Translations under genes and position numbers: made by a program
Source: Selaginella moellendorffii
Taxonomy: Eukaryota; Plantae; Lycopodiophyta
Assembly: GCF_000143415.4 (NCBI RefSeq)
Contig: NW_003314265.1
Location: forward strand, 3,530,443 to 3,594,442
Direction of reading: 5' to 3'
Length of the DNA stretch: 64,000 bases
In this document: piece by piece, positions 34,571 to 46,600 of the stretch
Numbering within the stretch: the stretch's first letter is position 1
Layout of the letters: the number at the start of each line of letters is the position of its first letter
Notes under the pieces: generated by a model
What the model was told of the DNA's origin: nothing
The model's database searches: none
The model's input: the letters and a program-made list of their open reading frames with translations, nothing else

Positions 34571-34941
34571 ATGTTCATTCTCAAGCTTTCTCCAGTGGCT
34601 GGGATTCTGATAGGCCTGGTGGAGTGACTTTGCAGCCACACTGGGATGGCTCACAAGGCGAGAGAAGTTTTGTGGACGATGAGGTGTGGTGTTGATCCAA
34701 GCATTGACCACTACTCGATCTCTATGGTTGAGACGAGTGGACTTGGCGATGGAAGAATGCCTTTCGATAACAACGATGTAACAATGACGGCATTTCTGTC
34801 CAGTCTGTAAACATTGATCCATGAAATATCTATTTTGTAAACATTGATCTATTATTGGCCGTTGGATCTCACTCATCCATCGGTTTATATTCATTATATG
34901 TATTCGTTAACACATTAGAATATTTAGGGTTCTTGCTAACA

Positions 34942-37900
34942 ATGTGGAAGCTCCATGTCGCCAGCGGTGGCGATTCTTCTTCCGCCACGCCACTCAGCAC
35001 TCTCAACGATCTCGTCGGCCGCCAGATCTGGTGCTACGACGAGGCCCTCGGCAGCGACGAGGATCGCGCGCGCGTCCAAGAGGCTCGGGATCACTTCGCC
35101 AAGAATCGCCATGTCCACAAGCACAGCTCCGATCTCCTCATGCGAATGCAGGTATGCTGGTGGAATTCCTGATTTTCGAATCTCCAATCTTTCTTCTCTT
35201 CTCGCATAGCTCTCCAAGGCTGCACAGCCGCTGCCCCAAATCCCTCCTCCAGTGAAGGTCCAAAGCGATGCGGAGATCAAGCAGAGCGATGTCGAGACCA
35301 CGATTCGTCGTGCCTTGCGGTTTTACTCCACGATTCAAGCCGAGGACGGTCACTGGCCTGGCGATTACGGAGGTCCCATGTTTCTCATGCCGGGATTGGT
35401 ATGAGCTTATCTTTGGGATTTCTTACATGCCAAACGATGGTGTATTATCAGATCATTGCTTTGTACGTCACTGGAGCGATCAACGTGGTTTTGTCACCGG
35501 AGCACCACCGAGAAATGTGTAGATACTTTTTCAATCACCAGGTGTGTAATCTTTCTTTCTAGCGATGTTCGTGAATTTTTTGTCTTTCTGGAAGAACGAA
35601 GATGGCGGCTGGGGATTGCACATTGAAGGGCACAGCACGATGTTTGGCACTGTACTTGTTTATGTTTCTCTACGGCTACTTGGCCAAGAACCAGACAAGC
35701 CGGCCATGAAGAGCGCCCTTTCATGGATTTTTGGTCATGGAGGGACTATCGCCATTCCGTCCTGGGGAAAGTTTTGGCTCGCGGTACGTGAAGGAAAATT
35801 CAAGTTGTTTCTTTGTTATTGACGATAACCTGTCTCTGTAAGGTTCTTGGAGTGTTCGATTGGTCGGGAGTTAATCCCCTACCGCCAGAAATGTATTTGC
35901 TGCCGTATGCGATTCCCCTTCATCCAGGTATCTCCTTAATTATTTGTTCTCTACGTATGCTCAAAGTTTTCTTTAGGACGTATGTGGTGTCATTGCCGGA
36001 TGGTTTATCTTCCTATGAGCTATATCTATGGTCGTCGTTTCACTGGAAAAATCACACCCAAGGTCGAAGCTCTGAGAAAGGAGCTCTTTAACGGACCCTT
36101 TGAAGACGTGGATTGGAATCGTGCGCGAAATAGTTGTGCAAAGGTAAAATTTTCTGCGCACCCGAGAAGGATGCATTTATTTTTATCAGCTTACAGAAAG
36201 CATTTCTTGATGACTGGTACGCAGGAAGATCTGTATTATCCTCATCCGCTCATACAAGATGTTCTTTGGGGAGTTTTGCATAAAGGTGTGGAGCCTCTTT
36301 TAATGCGTTGGCCAGGATCATTGCTGCGCAAAAAGGCGCTTGATACGGTTCTCGAGCATATCCACTACGAGGATGTCAATACGAGATATATATGCATTGG
36401 GCCTGTTAACAAGGTGGGAATCGTTTTGCTCCTCTATCTATTTAGTTTATTGTTCCACTCAGGTCATCAACATGCTTTGCTGTTGGGCGGAGGACCCAAA
36501 CTCCGAAGCTTTCAAACAGCACTTGCCCCGAATTCATGATTATCTCTGGGTTGCGGAAGATGGGCTGAAAATGCAGGTAAAAGGATTTTTAGATAATTTT
36601 TTTTTTCTATTTGTTACGTAACCAAGAAACATATAAGGGATACAATGGCAGTCAACTTTGGGATACAGCTTTTGCTGTACAAGCGATCATATCAACGGAT
36701 ATGCTTGAAGAATCCCGGGAGATGCTGAAGAAAGCTCATTCCTACATAGAAAAATCACAGGTTTGTAACAAGAATCACTATACGTTGGTTATCACGATCT
36801 TCCTCCCAAAGGTACGCGAAGACTGTCCCGGGGATTTGGACTATTTCCATCGACATATATCAAATGGAGCATGGCCATTTTCTAACAGAGATCACGGATG
36901 GCCTATATCGGATTGTACTGCTGAAGGCTTGAAGGTATTATCGACCATTGGGGTATCTACATTCTGATGGATCATTCTTTTGTAGAGTGTGTTGCTACTA
37001 TCCCGCATTTCATCGGACGTTGTTGGGAAGCCCTTATCTCCGGAACGGCTTTATGATTGCGTTAATATGCTCATTTCCTATCAGGTACAATACTTTTCCC
37101 CTTGGATAAGTTGGCCGATAACTCGTGAAATCAGAACGCTAATGGAGGAGTCGCAACATACGAATTGACACGTTCATATGCTTGGATCGAGGTGAGATGA
37201 AAGGATGGATTTTAAGTGATAACTTGTCGAAATTGCAGCTGTTCAACCCTTCAGAAACATTTGGGGACATAACAATCGATTACTCGTAAGAACTACAGCT
37301 ATCTAAGTACGCTCTCTAAGCGTGCGTTTGGTCTTTTTCTAGCTATGTGGAATGTACATCAGCTTGCGTTCAGGCGCTCTGTGCTTTCAGCAGGCTCTAC
37401 CCTGACCATCGGTCCAAGGAAATCGAGCTATTTGTGGCCAAAGGATGCCAATATATTGAAAGCATTCAAAGACCTGATGGCTCCTGGTAAGCTTGTGTTC
37501 TTTTTTCTATTCTCATACGTTTTTAAGGTACGGGTCATGGGGTGTTTGTTTCACGTACGGCATCTGGTTTGGAGTCCTGGGCTTGGTTGCCGCTGGCAAA
37601 AGCTATAAGCACTCTGCAGCAATCCGCAAGGCCTGCGATTTCCTTGTTTCTAAGCAGCTCCCATCAGGTGGCTGGGGTGAGAGCTACCTCTCCTCTCAAA
37701 ACAAGGTGTGGCTAATTTTCTCTTTCTCGTGATACATGTAAGCTTCCCTCCTTTGCAGGTTTATATGAACCTGGAAGGTGGTAAGCACCACCTCGTTAAC
37801 ACGGCCTGGGCGATGCTAGCGCTTATTGCAGGTGGACAGGCAAGTCTAGACAATTTAGTTTCAGAAATGTTTTGGTTTCAAAATGTTTCTCTCTTTATCT

Positions 37901-38166
37901 TGTTTAGGCTGAAAGAGATTCCACGCCTCTGCATAAAGCCGCTGCTCTTTTGGTAAACGGACAGCTTGAAGATGGCGATTTTCCACAGGAGGTACGTAAT
38001 GCTTACATATGGTTTTTCCGTCACCTTGTTTGCTTCTTTCTTGCAGGAAATAATTGGAGTGTTTAACGGCAACTGCATGATCAGCTACTCCGCCTACAGG
38101 TGTATCTTCCCAATCTGGGCACTCGGACAATACCGCAGCCGCGTGCTCAAGCGTCCAGCAAAGTGA
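34942..38166 (+). CDS. CAS1: 2,3-oxidosqualene cyclase, cycloartenol synthase-type (copy 1, multi-exon)
   Basis: [55 protein letters not shown] repeats, FPIWALG. The CAS-diagnostic His, Tyr, His and Ile are all present. One GC-AG intron at 37840. Confidence 0.93.
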
Positions 38167-38251
38167 TGGATTGATCTCGTCTTATTAGTTTCCGGCAACA
38201 CATAACATAAAGCACCATTCCATCGCTTCGCAAAAATTCTCCCGACGGAAA

Positions 38252-40241
38252 TCACAGCTCGTCTTTAGAAGGCTCGCCGGCGTCCGGTGTCGCCGAAGGA
38301 GCAGCCGAGGTTCTGTGCTTGTCAACGAAGCTGATCAAATCCTCCTTGCTTCGATCGCCCTCGTACTTGACGGCTTGCTTGGCGCCCGTGTAGAGGTAGA
38401 GCGTGGGGAAGCCCTGGACGTCAAACGTTTCGTCTTCAATGTCGTTGGCAGTGGCATCCTGCGTAGAGGAAAGAAAGAGACTGGTTACTTACGAAAGCAA
38501 CGCAACTGTGCAAGAAAACTCACCAGTTTCGCGATGACGACCTTGGGATCATCCTTGAAGTGTTCCGCGACTTCGTCCAGCGTGGGCGCCAGTTTCTTAC
38601 AGTGGCCACACCACGGCGCGTAGAATTCCAAAAGAACTGGAGGTACGAATAAATGTTAGTAGAGTGTAAACTATAACGTGGTTATGTTCTTGTGCATTAC
38701 CATCTTTCCCAGACTCGATAACGAGGTCGTTCAAAGTGTTCCTCACCACCACTTTGACTGGTTCATCGTTTTTCTCGGGAACGGGCTCGGACTTCACCCA
38801 CGGCTTGAGCTTTCCAGCCTGTGTCCAATGTCAAGTGTAAGAGAAAATGTGAGCGTCCGTGAGAGAACTTACCAAATAGTCGTCCACAAAACTGGATAGC
38901 TTTGATGATTCGATCGTCTCTACTGCGAACTTTTTCCCTTGTGCGTCTTGTACAACAATGGACGGCAGCTTTGCAGCTGCAAGACCAAAGTGCTGCACAA
39001 AAGGAAAGATTTAAGAATGTGAGGATACCAAATTAGAATTAGCAGACCTGAAGAGCATGGTCGTTTCCTGCGCTGTTGGCAGCAAGGAAAAGAAGGCCTT
39101 TTGGTTTGTTTGACTCTGCAACCTTCTTGTAAGCAGGTCGATATTCTTCGTCATGGCTCGACTCGACAAACAGAAACACCTATCCTCCCCAGAAAAAGGT
39201 AAACATCAATCCAAACATTGAGAAAACAAAACCTTTGGCGCCTCCTTGTTGAAAAACTTCATTAGAAACGGCTGCATTTCGGGGTCCTGATTCAGCTCGG
39301 TCACAAGAGGCAAGCTCGATTCCTCCACAAACTTTTTGAGCTCCTCGACATAGAAATTCTAAGAAGGTGGCGTTAAGCAAGATAGATGGCAACCAGTCAG
39401 AGCTTACCGTGAAGTCGTTAAAACGTTCGTCGAAAACCTTGAACAGCCTGACTGCCGGAGCTTTCAGTGGCTCGTCCTTCAGAGGCAGCACGGAAGCGTC
39501 CAGTGTGTGACGAAAGTCGTACTCAGATCTGAGCGCTTCCGCGAGAGCCGTGAAGTTTTGGAACTCTTCGCTATCATAAGACTTAAAAACTCCAATCTGG
39601 AAGAGAGTCAAGCAAAAAAGAATTTTGAGCTTCAAAACTTACAATAGCTATCTTGTTCTGTCCAACGAAATCTCCAGCCTCTTCAGTAGAAGTTAGCTCC
39701 ACTGTGGCTGGCCCGGCTTGTTTCTTCAAGTAGCTCACAATGCCATCTGCGTCGCGCGGCCCCTTGTACTCCTCCACGGTCCCCTTGCGAATGATCTTCA
39801 AGGTGGGGAAACCCCGGATCTCATAGTCCGACGCAATCTTCTTGTTCTTCTCCTCGTTCGCGTCTACTTTGGCCAAAACGATGTTGTGTTCTTTCAGTGC
39901 GGTCGCCGCCTTCTCGTACTGGAGTAAAAGAGCAAATCAATAGTTAGTTCTGCGCTGCGAAGAGGAGAATAATCTCACCTCGGGAGCTAGCTTCTTACAG
40001 TGCCCACACCTGTCAATCGAAATATCAGATTAGCCATCATCAGCGAGACGCCAGTGATCGATCGAACTTACCAGGGCGCGTAGAACTCGACGACGATGAA
40101 GTCGTGCTTCTTGATCTCGTCCGCGAAGTTGGAGTCGTCGAGCTCAAGAACATCGCTGCTCTCGCTCGACGCATCGATGACTCTGGCAGCAGTGACCGCC
40201 AGCAGCGCAAGCGCCAGGAATACCACTCCCTCTCGCGCCAT
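38252..40241 (-). CDS. PDI: Protein disulfide isomerase (PDIL1-type, ER)
   Basis: Signal peptide, two [15 protein letters not shown] sites, GFPTL, KSEPVPE and C-terminal KDEL. Confidence 0.95.
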
Positions 40242-40545
40242 GGAAATGATCCAATAACAAAGCCCTAGGCGAGAGCTTAAAACCCCACACAGAACAGGAA
40301 CTGTGTACGATGTGTACGAACGGCTAGATTGCCGCTTAGCCATGCAATGCGGGAATCGTAGCCGTCCATCTGGTCATGACATGGCAAAGAGCTTCCTTTG
40401 CGTACACGTGGCATTCATCGGTTGGGCACTTGACGTGCAAGGCAGCCACATTATTCACGTTTTTGCTGACGTGGACGTTTATTAGAATATGCTGAAGAGA
40501 TCCTGTTCTTGCCTGATTAGGGCAAAGAAGCATTTTCTCATTTTT

Positions 40546-41040
40546 ATGGCGGGGGCTGCGCTGATCCGGGGTGTGGAGGCGCAAGCTTCCGCCGCGCTGA
40601 TCTACAGCCTGGGGGTGGATTGCCACGGCGCCCAATCGCTCGTCCAGGACGCCGTGGCGTCGCCGCCGAGGAGGCTGTGCTCGCGGGTGAGGAAGCGTGC
40701 CAGGACGATTCGCGGCCGCGGCAGGCGCAGATCGTATTCTTCGGGCTCCGAGGAGGATTTCTCCGATGGCAACGGGGGAAATGGAAATGGGGCCGGCGAC
40801 AACGGCAGCGGCGGTGGCGGATCGTCCGATTGGTGGGGTGAGAGCTGGAGCGACGATGGATCGTGGTGGTGGTGGAGGGACGAGGGATCGAGGAGGGCGC
40901 TTCTCAGCTTTTTCCACCAGGTCGCGTGCTGGGTATGTTTGCTCCAATCCCTCCATTTTCTAGTTAAGAACGTCATCAGGCTTAGCCAGGGGGGTGACCC
41001 GTATGGCTCTGGAGAGACCACCTCGGTGCTCTCGCATTGA
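40546..41040 (+). CDS. Uncharacterised, probably plastid-targeted Gly-rich protein
   Basis: R/S-rich N-terminus, GNGGNG...GGGG linker and a hydrophobic C-terminal helix (FFHQVACWVCLLQSLHF). Divergent from PDI. Confidence 0.6.
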   Translation: MAGAALIRGVEAQASAALIYSLGVDCHGAQSLVQDAVASPPRRLCSRVRKRARTIRGRGRRRSYSSGSEEDFSDGNGGNGNGAGDNGSGGGGSSDWWGESWSDDGSWWWWRDEGSRRALLSFFHQVACWVCLLQSLHFLVKNVIRLSQGGDPYGSGETTSVLSH

Positions 41041-41289
41041 TTCCTCCTGCAAGGCTACTCGACAGCCATTTGTGTATATAATTCCACGTTCGCTGCATAG
41101 AATCACACAAGCAAGCTTTTCTTGTGAATTTTCATTCTATAGTCTTTGGTTTGTCTTGGTTTGCTTTTCTTTTATCTCGGGAACTCCAAAGAGAAAAAGG
41201 AAAGTTAGTGTCTCTTTCCTTGTACTTGAGAAGGGTGTTTAGATGATTGTGATCACGCTAATTTGTCCTGGAGAGGAAGAGCTTTCCAA

Positions 41290-42214
41290 TCATATGACCG
41301 AGCAGGGAGGATCCGAGTGGAGCGTGAAGCTGTACACATAGCCATCCGACTCGACCCTCAGCTCGGTGGCGAACATCTGGAAGTTGTTCCCGAAGAAAGA
41401 GTGGCCGAGGACAAAGTCGTGGCGGGAGAACTTCATCACGGCAAAGTCCATCCGGCCCATGTACCCGCCATCGATCTCGAACTCGAGCTTCGGAGCCACC
41501 AAGTTGCCGGTATAAGTACTGGTTCCCAGCGGTGTCTCGACGCTAAACTCCGTGCACTCCTCCGTTCGCAGGCCGAGGCGGGACACGGCGCTCTCGGACA
41601 CGAAGTTGTCGGAGCTGTTGCTGGCCACGAAGCTGACCGTGTGCCCGTTCACTCTCCCGCGCTGCCATTTCCCGAAGTCGTCGTCGCCGGAGTACACCAC
41701 AAAGTGGAGCTTCACGTCCTTCTTTGGAGCGCTCGGCGGCTGCTCCTCCTTCTTTGGAGGTAAGGCCACGAAACTCTGGTAGTAGCGAGCTGTCAGGGGT
41801 GGTGTTTCTTTCGGCTTTGCCTCGGCAGCGGCCTTTGCGGCCCTCTCCGCCTGGAGCGCCAGAGTTATGGCCTCCTGCAAGTTCCTGGGCTTCCTCAAGT
41901 TGACGAAGTTTGCCAGCGGCGGGTTGAGACCCGAGATGTACCGGTTGAGCTTGCGCGAGTCGAGAAAGTTATCGGTGTATTCTCCGACTGAGAGCTCCTT
42001 CTGTTTGATCGCAGTGGCAGCGTCATCGCCAGCGGCGCACGGCTTGAAGCAGCGAAGTATGAGATTCTTGAAATCCTCCCAGGTGGTGGTGGCGGCACCG
42101 TCCTGGTGGTGAAGAGCTCTCCACTTGGCGTGGGCGGGGCCTGTGAGATAGTTTGCCGCATAGAGAATCTTGTGGCTGTCCTCGTGGATGGCGACTGTGT
42201 TAAAGAAGCACTTG
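41290..42214 (-). mobile_element. Ty3/Gypsy-derived gag + aspartic-protease-like ORF (no RT/integrase)
   Basis: Stop-free frame: KILYAANYLTGPAHAKW...TWEDFK...IKQKELSVGEY...YISGL...PRNLQEAI (gag), then GRVNGHTVSFVASNSSDNFVS...HDFVLG (retropepsin fold with DSG lost). Confidence 0.8.
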
Positions 42215-42221
42215 CTTTAAA

Positions 42222-42932
42222 AACAGGATGAGAAAATAAATTACTTATTTCACAAGGGATAGACAAACTTGAAGCCAATGGAATAAAAATGCATAAACTG
42301 TTTTATGCCATTGGCTTCAAGTTCGTCAATCACTTATGAAACACTGTCCATGAAGTGTTTTATTACTAGGGTTTAAGAAAATAAATTACTTATTTCACAA
42401 GGGATAGACAAACTTGAAGCCAATGGACGAAACTACGTCCCACACCGCCATTCGATCGAACGCTGCCTTGGCCCCCACTCTCGGCATACGCGGTCGCAAG
42501 CGCTCGATGTTCTTGGCCGGCAATGCATCAAAGATCCTTCTAAACCCTAAACCCTAAACCCTAAAACCATTCGTCTACGTCCCCCTCGCCATTGAAGGCC
42601 GGGAGATGGAATGCTAGCCACATTCTCTCTTGGTGGTGGTGGCTCTTGGCTTTTTACCTGTCACATGCACCAATTTAATTTTAGTAAGTAAAAATTTTAA
42701 CATTAAACCTTGATTAGAGAAGTTTAGCAGCTGAAAATCTCAACCGTTGGATTGAGAAATATTTAGATTTTTTTATCAAACAAGTAAATTAAAATATTTT
42801 GAAAAGTCAATACTTAGGGTTTTAGAGGGTTTATATCATGCTACTAAAAATGCGTCCATGAAGTGTTTTATTCCATTGGCTTCAAATTTGTCTATCCCTT
42901 GTGAAATAAGTAATTTATTTTCTCATCCTGTT
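42222..42932. repeat. Cluster of direct and inverted copies of a 50-80 bp unit
   Basis: AGAAAATAAATTACTTATTTCACAAGGGATAGACAAACTTGAAGCCAATGGA at about 42231 and 42376, its reverse complement at 42854-42932, and diverged partial copies at 42299-42341 and 42346-42364. Confidence 0.9.
42541..42565. repeat. Interstitial plant telomeric repeat / telo-box array (CCCTAAA)x3
   Basis: TAAACCCTAAACCCTAAACCCTAAA. Confidence 0.8.
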
Positions 42933-43470
42933 GTAGAATTGATTGATGGCACATTTAATGAAGAAACTCTATTAACAAATCTCTACCCCAAATTACCGAA
43001 AAGCTGCAAAGATTGGTATGCCAACAATGGTTTGAGTTATGACAGACTGTGTTAAGCTTTGGATCATTATGCAAAAGCTATAAATTACAACAGTTCTAAT
43101 ACATATGAAAGCTTTAGTCAAGATAATGATAGTTCACCAGCAATATCTTGACAGTTCAGCAGTAGTATCTTGATAATTTAGAAGTTGTCAGCTGAGATTG
43201 CTGAGTTTTGGAAGAAAAGAATCTTCTCTCTCTCTATACATATATAAAACTTTTACAGTCCACTTCCACTAGTGCCAATCTGGGGCTTTGAGTAGTAGAT
43301 ATATAAATGAAGAACTTTAATTTGAATCCAAAGTTGTTGTATAATATGCTTGCCCAAGCAAACAAATTTGCAGTAGAGATGATACTATCAACGAAGACAT
43401 TCACTATTGGTAGCTTCTTACACATGATGGACACGTCAGGGGTGGGAGTCCATTCCCCAGAAGAACGATG
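42854..43470 (+). mobile_element. Decayed hAT-like transposase C-terminal fragment
   Basis: AT-rich frame with several stops, containing EIAEFWKKR...LY..IKLLQSTSTSA, similar to the hAT dimerisation domain (FWK...L...LL.iP.TSA). Confidence 0.5.
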
Positions 43471-43543
43471 AATCAGTGAAAGTGGTGATCGAGCCTGGGG
43501 AAGACGGTACATCTGTTTTTGATAAGCGCACGTTTTGTTTCAG

Positions 43544-43656
43544 GATGCCACTGCATATTGAAGAAGACATGTTTGACTTCCAGGGCTTCCCACGCTCTCC
43601 CTCGAGCGGCCACCACAACACTGGACGGCGGCGAGCCAGCTAAAAACGAGCTGTGA
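43544..43656 (+). pseudogene. Decayed duplicate of the last PDI exon
   Basis: cagGATGCCACTGCA...TTTGACTTCCAGGGCTTCCCACGCTC...GGCGAGCCAGCTAAAAACGAGCTGTGA is the inverted copy of PDI 38252-38458 ([17 protein letters not shown]->KNEL), with frameshifts and an internal deletion. Confidence 0.85.
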
Positions 43657-43688
43657 TTTCATAGGTAAAATTTTAGCAAAGCGATGCT

Positions 43689-46600
43689 TTATGTGTCATG
43701 GTTTATGTGTTGCTGGAAACTAATAGAAGACTCAATTGCTGGACGCTTGAGCACGCGGCTGCGGTATTGTCCGAGTGCCCAGATTGGGAAGATACACCTG
43801 TAGGCGGAGTAGTTGATCATGCAGTTGCCGTTAAACACTCCAATTATTTCCTGCAAGAAAGAAGAAAACAAGGTGACGGAAAAACCATATGTAAGCATTA
43901 CGTACCTCCTGTGGAAAATCGCCATCTTCAAGCTGTCCGTTTACCAAAAGAGCAGCGGCTTTATGCAGAGGCGTGGAATCTCTTTCAGCCTAAACAAGAT
44001 AAAGAGAGAAACATTTTGAAACCAAAACATTTCTGAAACTAAATTGTCTAGACTTGCCTGTCCACCTGCAATAAGCGCTAGCATCGCCCAAGCCGTGTTA
44101 ACGAGGTGGTGTTTACCACCTTCCAGGTTCGTGTAAACCTGCAAAAAAGAGAAGCTTACATGTATGACGAGAAAGAGAAAATTAGCCACACCTTGTTTTG
44201 AGAGGAGAGGTAGCTCTCACCCCAGCCACCTGATGGGAGCTGCTTGGAGAGAAGGAAATCGCAGGCCCTGCGGATCGCTGCAGAGTGCTTATTGCTTTTA
44301 CCAGAGGCAACCAAGCCCAAGACTCCAAACCAGATGCCGTACGTGAAACAAACACCCAATGACCCGTACCTTAAAAACGTATGAAAATAGAAAAAAGAAT
44401 ACAAGCTTACCAGGAGCCATCAGGTCTTTGAATGCTTTCAATATATTGGCATCCTTTGGCTACAAATAGCTCGATTTCCTTGGACCGATGGTCAGGGTAG
44501 AGCCTTCTGAAAGCACAGAGTGCCTGAACGCAAGCTGATGTACATTCCACATAGCTAGAAACAGAACGTTAAGAGAGCATACTTAGATAGATAGCTCTTA
44601 CGAGTAGTCAATTGTTATGTTCCCAAATATTTCTGAAGGGTTGAACAGCTGCAATTTCGACATGTTATCACTAAAAGCCAACACAGCATCCTTTCATCTC
44701 ACTTCGATCCAAGAGTATGATCGTGTCAGCTCGTATGATGCGACTCCTCCACTAGCGTTCTGCTTTCGCCAGTTAGCGGCGAACTCGTCCAAAGAGAAAA
44801 GTTTAGTACCTGCAATGAAAGGATCAGTTTGACGCAATCATAAAGCCGATCCGGAGATAAGGGCTTCCCAACAACGTCCGAGGAAATGCGTGATAGAAGC
44901 AACACACACTATAACAGAATGTTCCATCAGAAGGTAGATAGCTCAATAGTCGACAATACCTTCAAGCCTTCAGCAGTGCAATCCGGTACAGGCCATCCGT
45001 GATCTCTGTTGGAAAATGTCCATGCTCCATTTGAAATATGACGATGAAAATGCTTCAAATCCCCGGGACAGTCTTCGCGTACCTTTGGGAGGACGATCGT
45101 GATAACTAACGTATAGGGATTCTTGTTACAAACCTGTGATTTTTCTATGTAGGAATGAGCTTTCTTCAGCATCTCCCCGGATTCTTCAAGTATATCCGTT
45201 GCTATTATCGCTTGTACAGCAAAAGCTGTATCCCAAAGTTGACTGCCATTGTATCCCTTATATGTTTCTTGGTTACGTAACAAATAGAAAAAAAAAAAAT
45301 CTAAAAATCCTTTTACCTGCATTTTCAGCCCATCTTCAGCAACCCAGAGATAATCATGAATTCGGGACAAGTGCTGTTTGAAAGCTTCGGAGTTTGGGTC
45401 CTCCGCCCAACAGCAAAGCATGTTGATGACCTGAGTGGAACAATAAACTAAATAGACAGAGGAGCAAAACGATTCCCACCTTGTTAACAGACCCAATGCA
45501 TATATATCTCGTATTGACATCCTCGTAGTGGATATGCTCGAGAACCGTATCAAGCGCCTTTTTGCGCAGCAATGATCCTGGCCAATGCATTAAAAGAGGC
45601 TCCACACCTTTATGCAAAACTCCCCAAAGAACATCTTGTATGAGCGGATGAGGATAATACAGATCTTCCTGCATACCAGTCATCAAGAAATGCTTTCTGT
45701 AGTTGATAAAAATAAATGCACCCTTCTCGGGTGCGCAGAAAATTTTACCTTCGCACAACTATTTCGCGCACGATTCCAATCCACGTCTTCAAAGGGTCCG
45801 TTAAAGAGCTCCTTTCTCAGAGCTTCAACCTTGGGTGTGATTTTTCCAGTGAAACGACGACCGTAGAGATAGCTCATAGGAAGATAAACCATCCGGCAAT
45901 GACACCACATACGTCCTAAAGAAAACTTTGAGCATACGTAGAGAACAAATAATTAAGGAGATACCTGGATGAAGGGGAATCGCATACGGCAGCAAATACA
46001 TTTCTGGCGGTAGGGGATTAACTCCCGACCAATCGAACACTCCAAGAACCTTACAGAAACAGGTTATCGTCAATAACAAAGAAACAACTTGAATTTTCAT
46101 TCACGTACCGCGAGCCAAAACTTTCCCCAGGACGGAATGGCGATGGTCCCTCCATGACCAAAAATCCATGAAAGGGCGCTCTCCATGGCCGGCTTGTCTG
46201 GTTCTTGGCCAAGTAGCCGTAGAGAAACATAAACAAGTACAGTGCCAAACATCGTGCTGTGCCCTTCAATGTGCAATCCCCAGCCACCATCTTCGTTCTT
46301 CCAGAAAGACAAAAAATTCACGAACATCGCTAGAAAGAAAGATTACACACCTGGTGATTGAAAAAGTATCTACACATTTCTCGGTGGTGCTCCGGTGACA
46401 AAACCACGTTGATCGCTCCAGTGACGTACAAAGCAATGATCTGATAATACACCATCATTTGGCATGTAAGAAATCCCAAAGATAAGCCCATACCAATCCC
46501 GGCATGAGAAACATGGGACCTCCGTAATCACCAGGCCAGTGGCCGTCCTCGGCTTGAATCGTGGAGTAAAATCGCAAGGCACGACGAATCGTGGTCTCGA

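Noticed and set aside
37840-37907. Apparent missing GT donor in OSC (also at some VPS13 introns)
   Set aside because: These are standard GC-AG introns (CAG|GCAAGT), not lesions.
42222-42430. CRISPR-like array
   Set aside because: Eukaryotic DNA. The repeats are long, mixed in orientation and irregularly spaced, and there are no cas genes.
42541-42565. Chromosome end or fusion site
   Set aside because: Only three repeats. Similar telo-boxes precede several genes in the window, so a promoter element is more likely.
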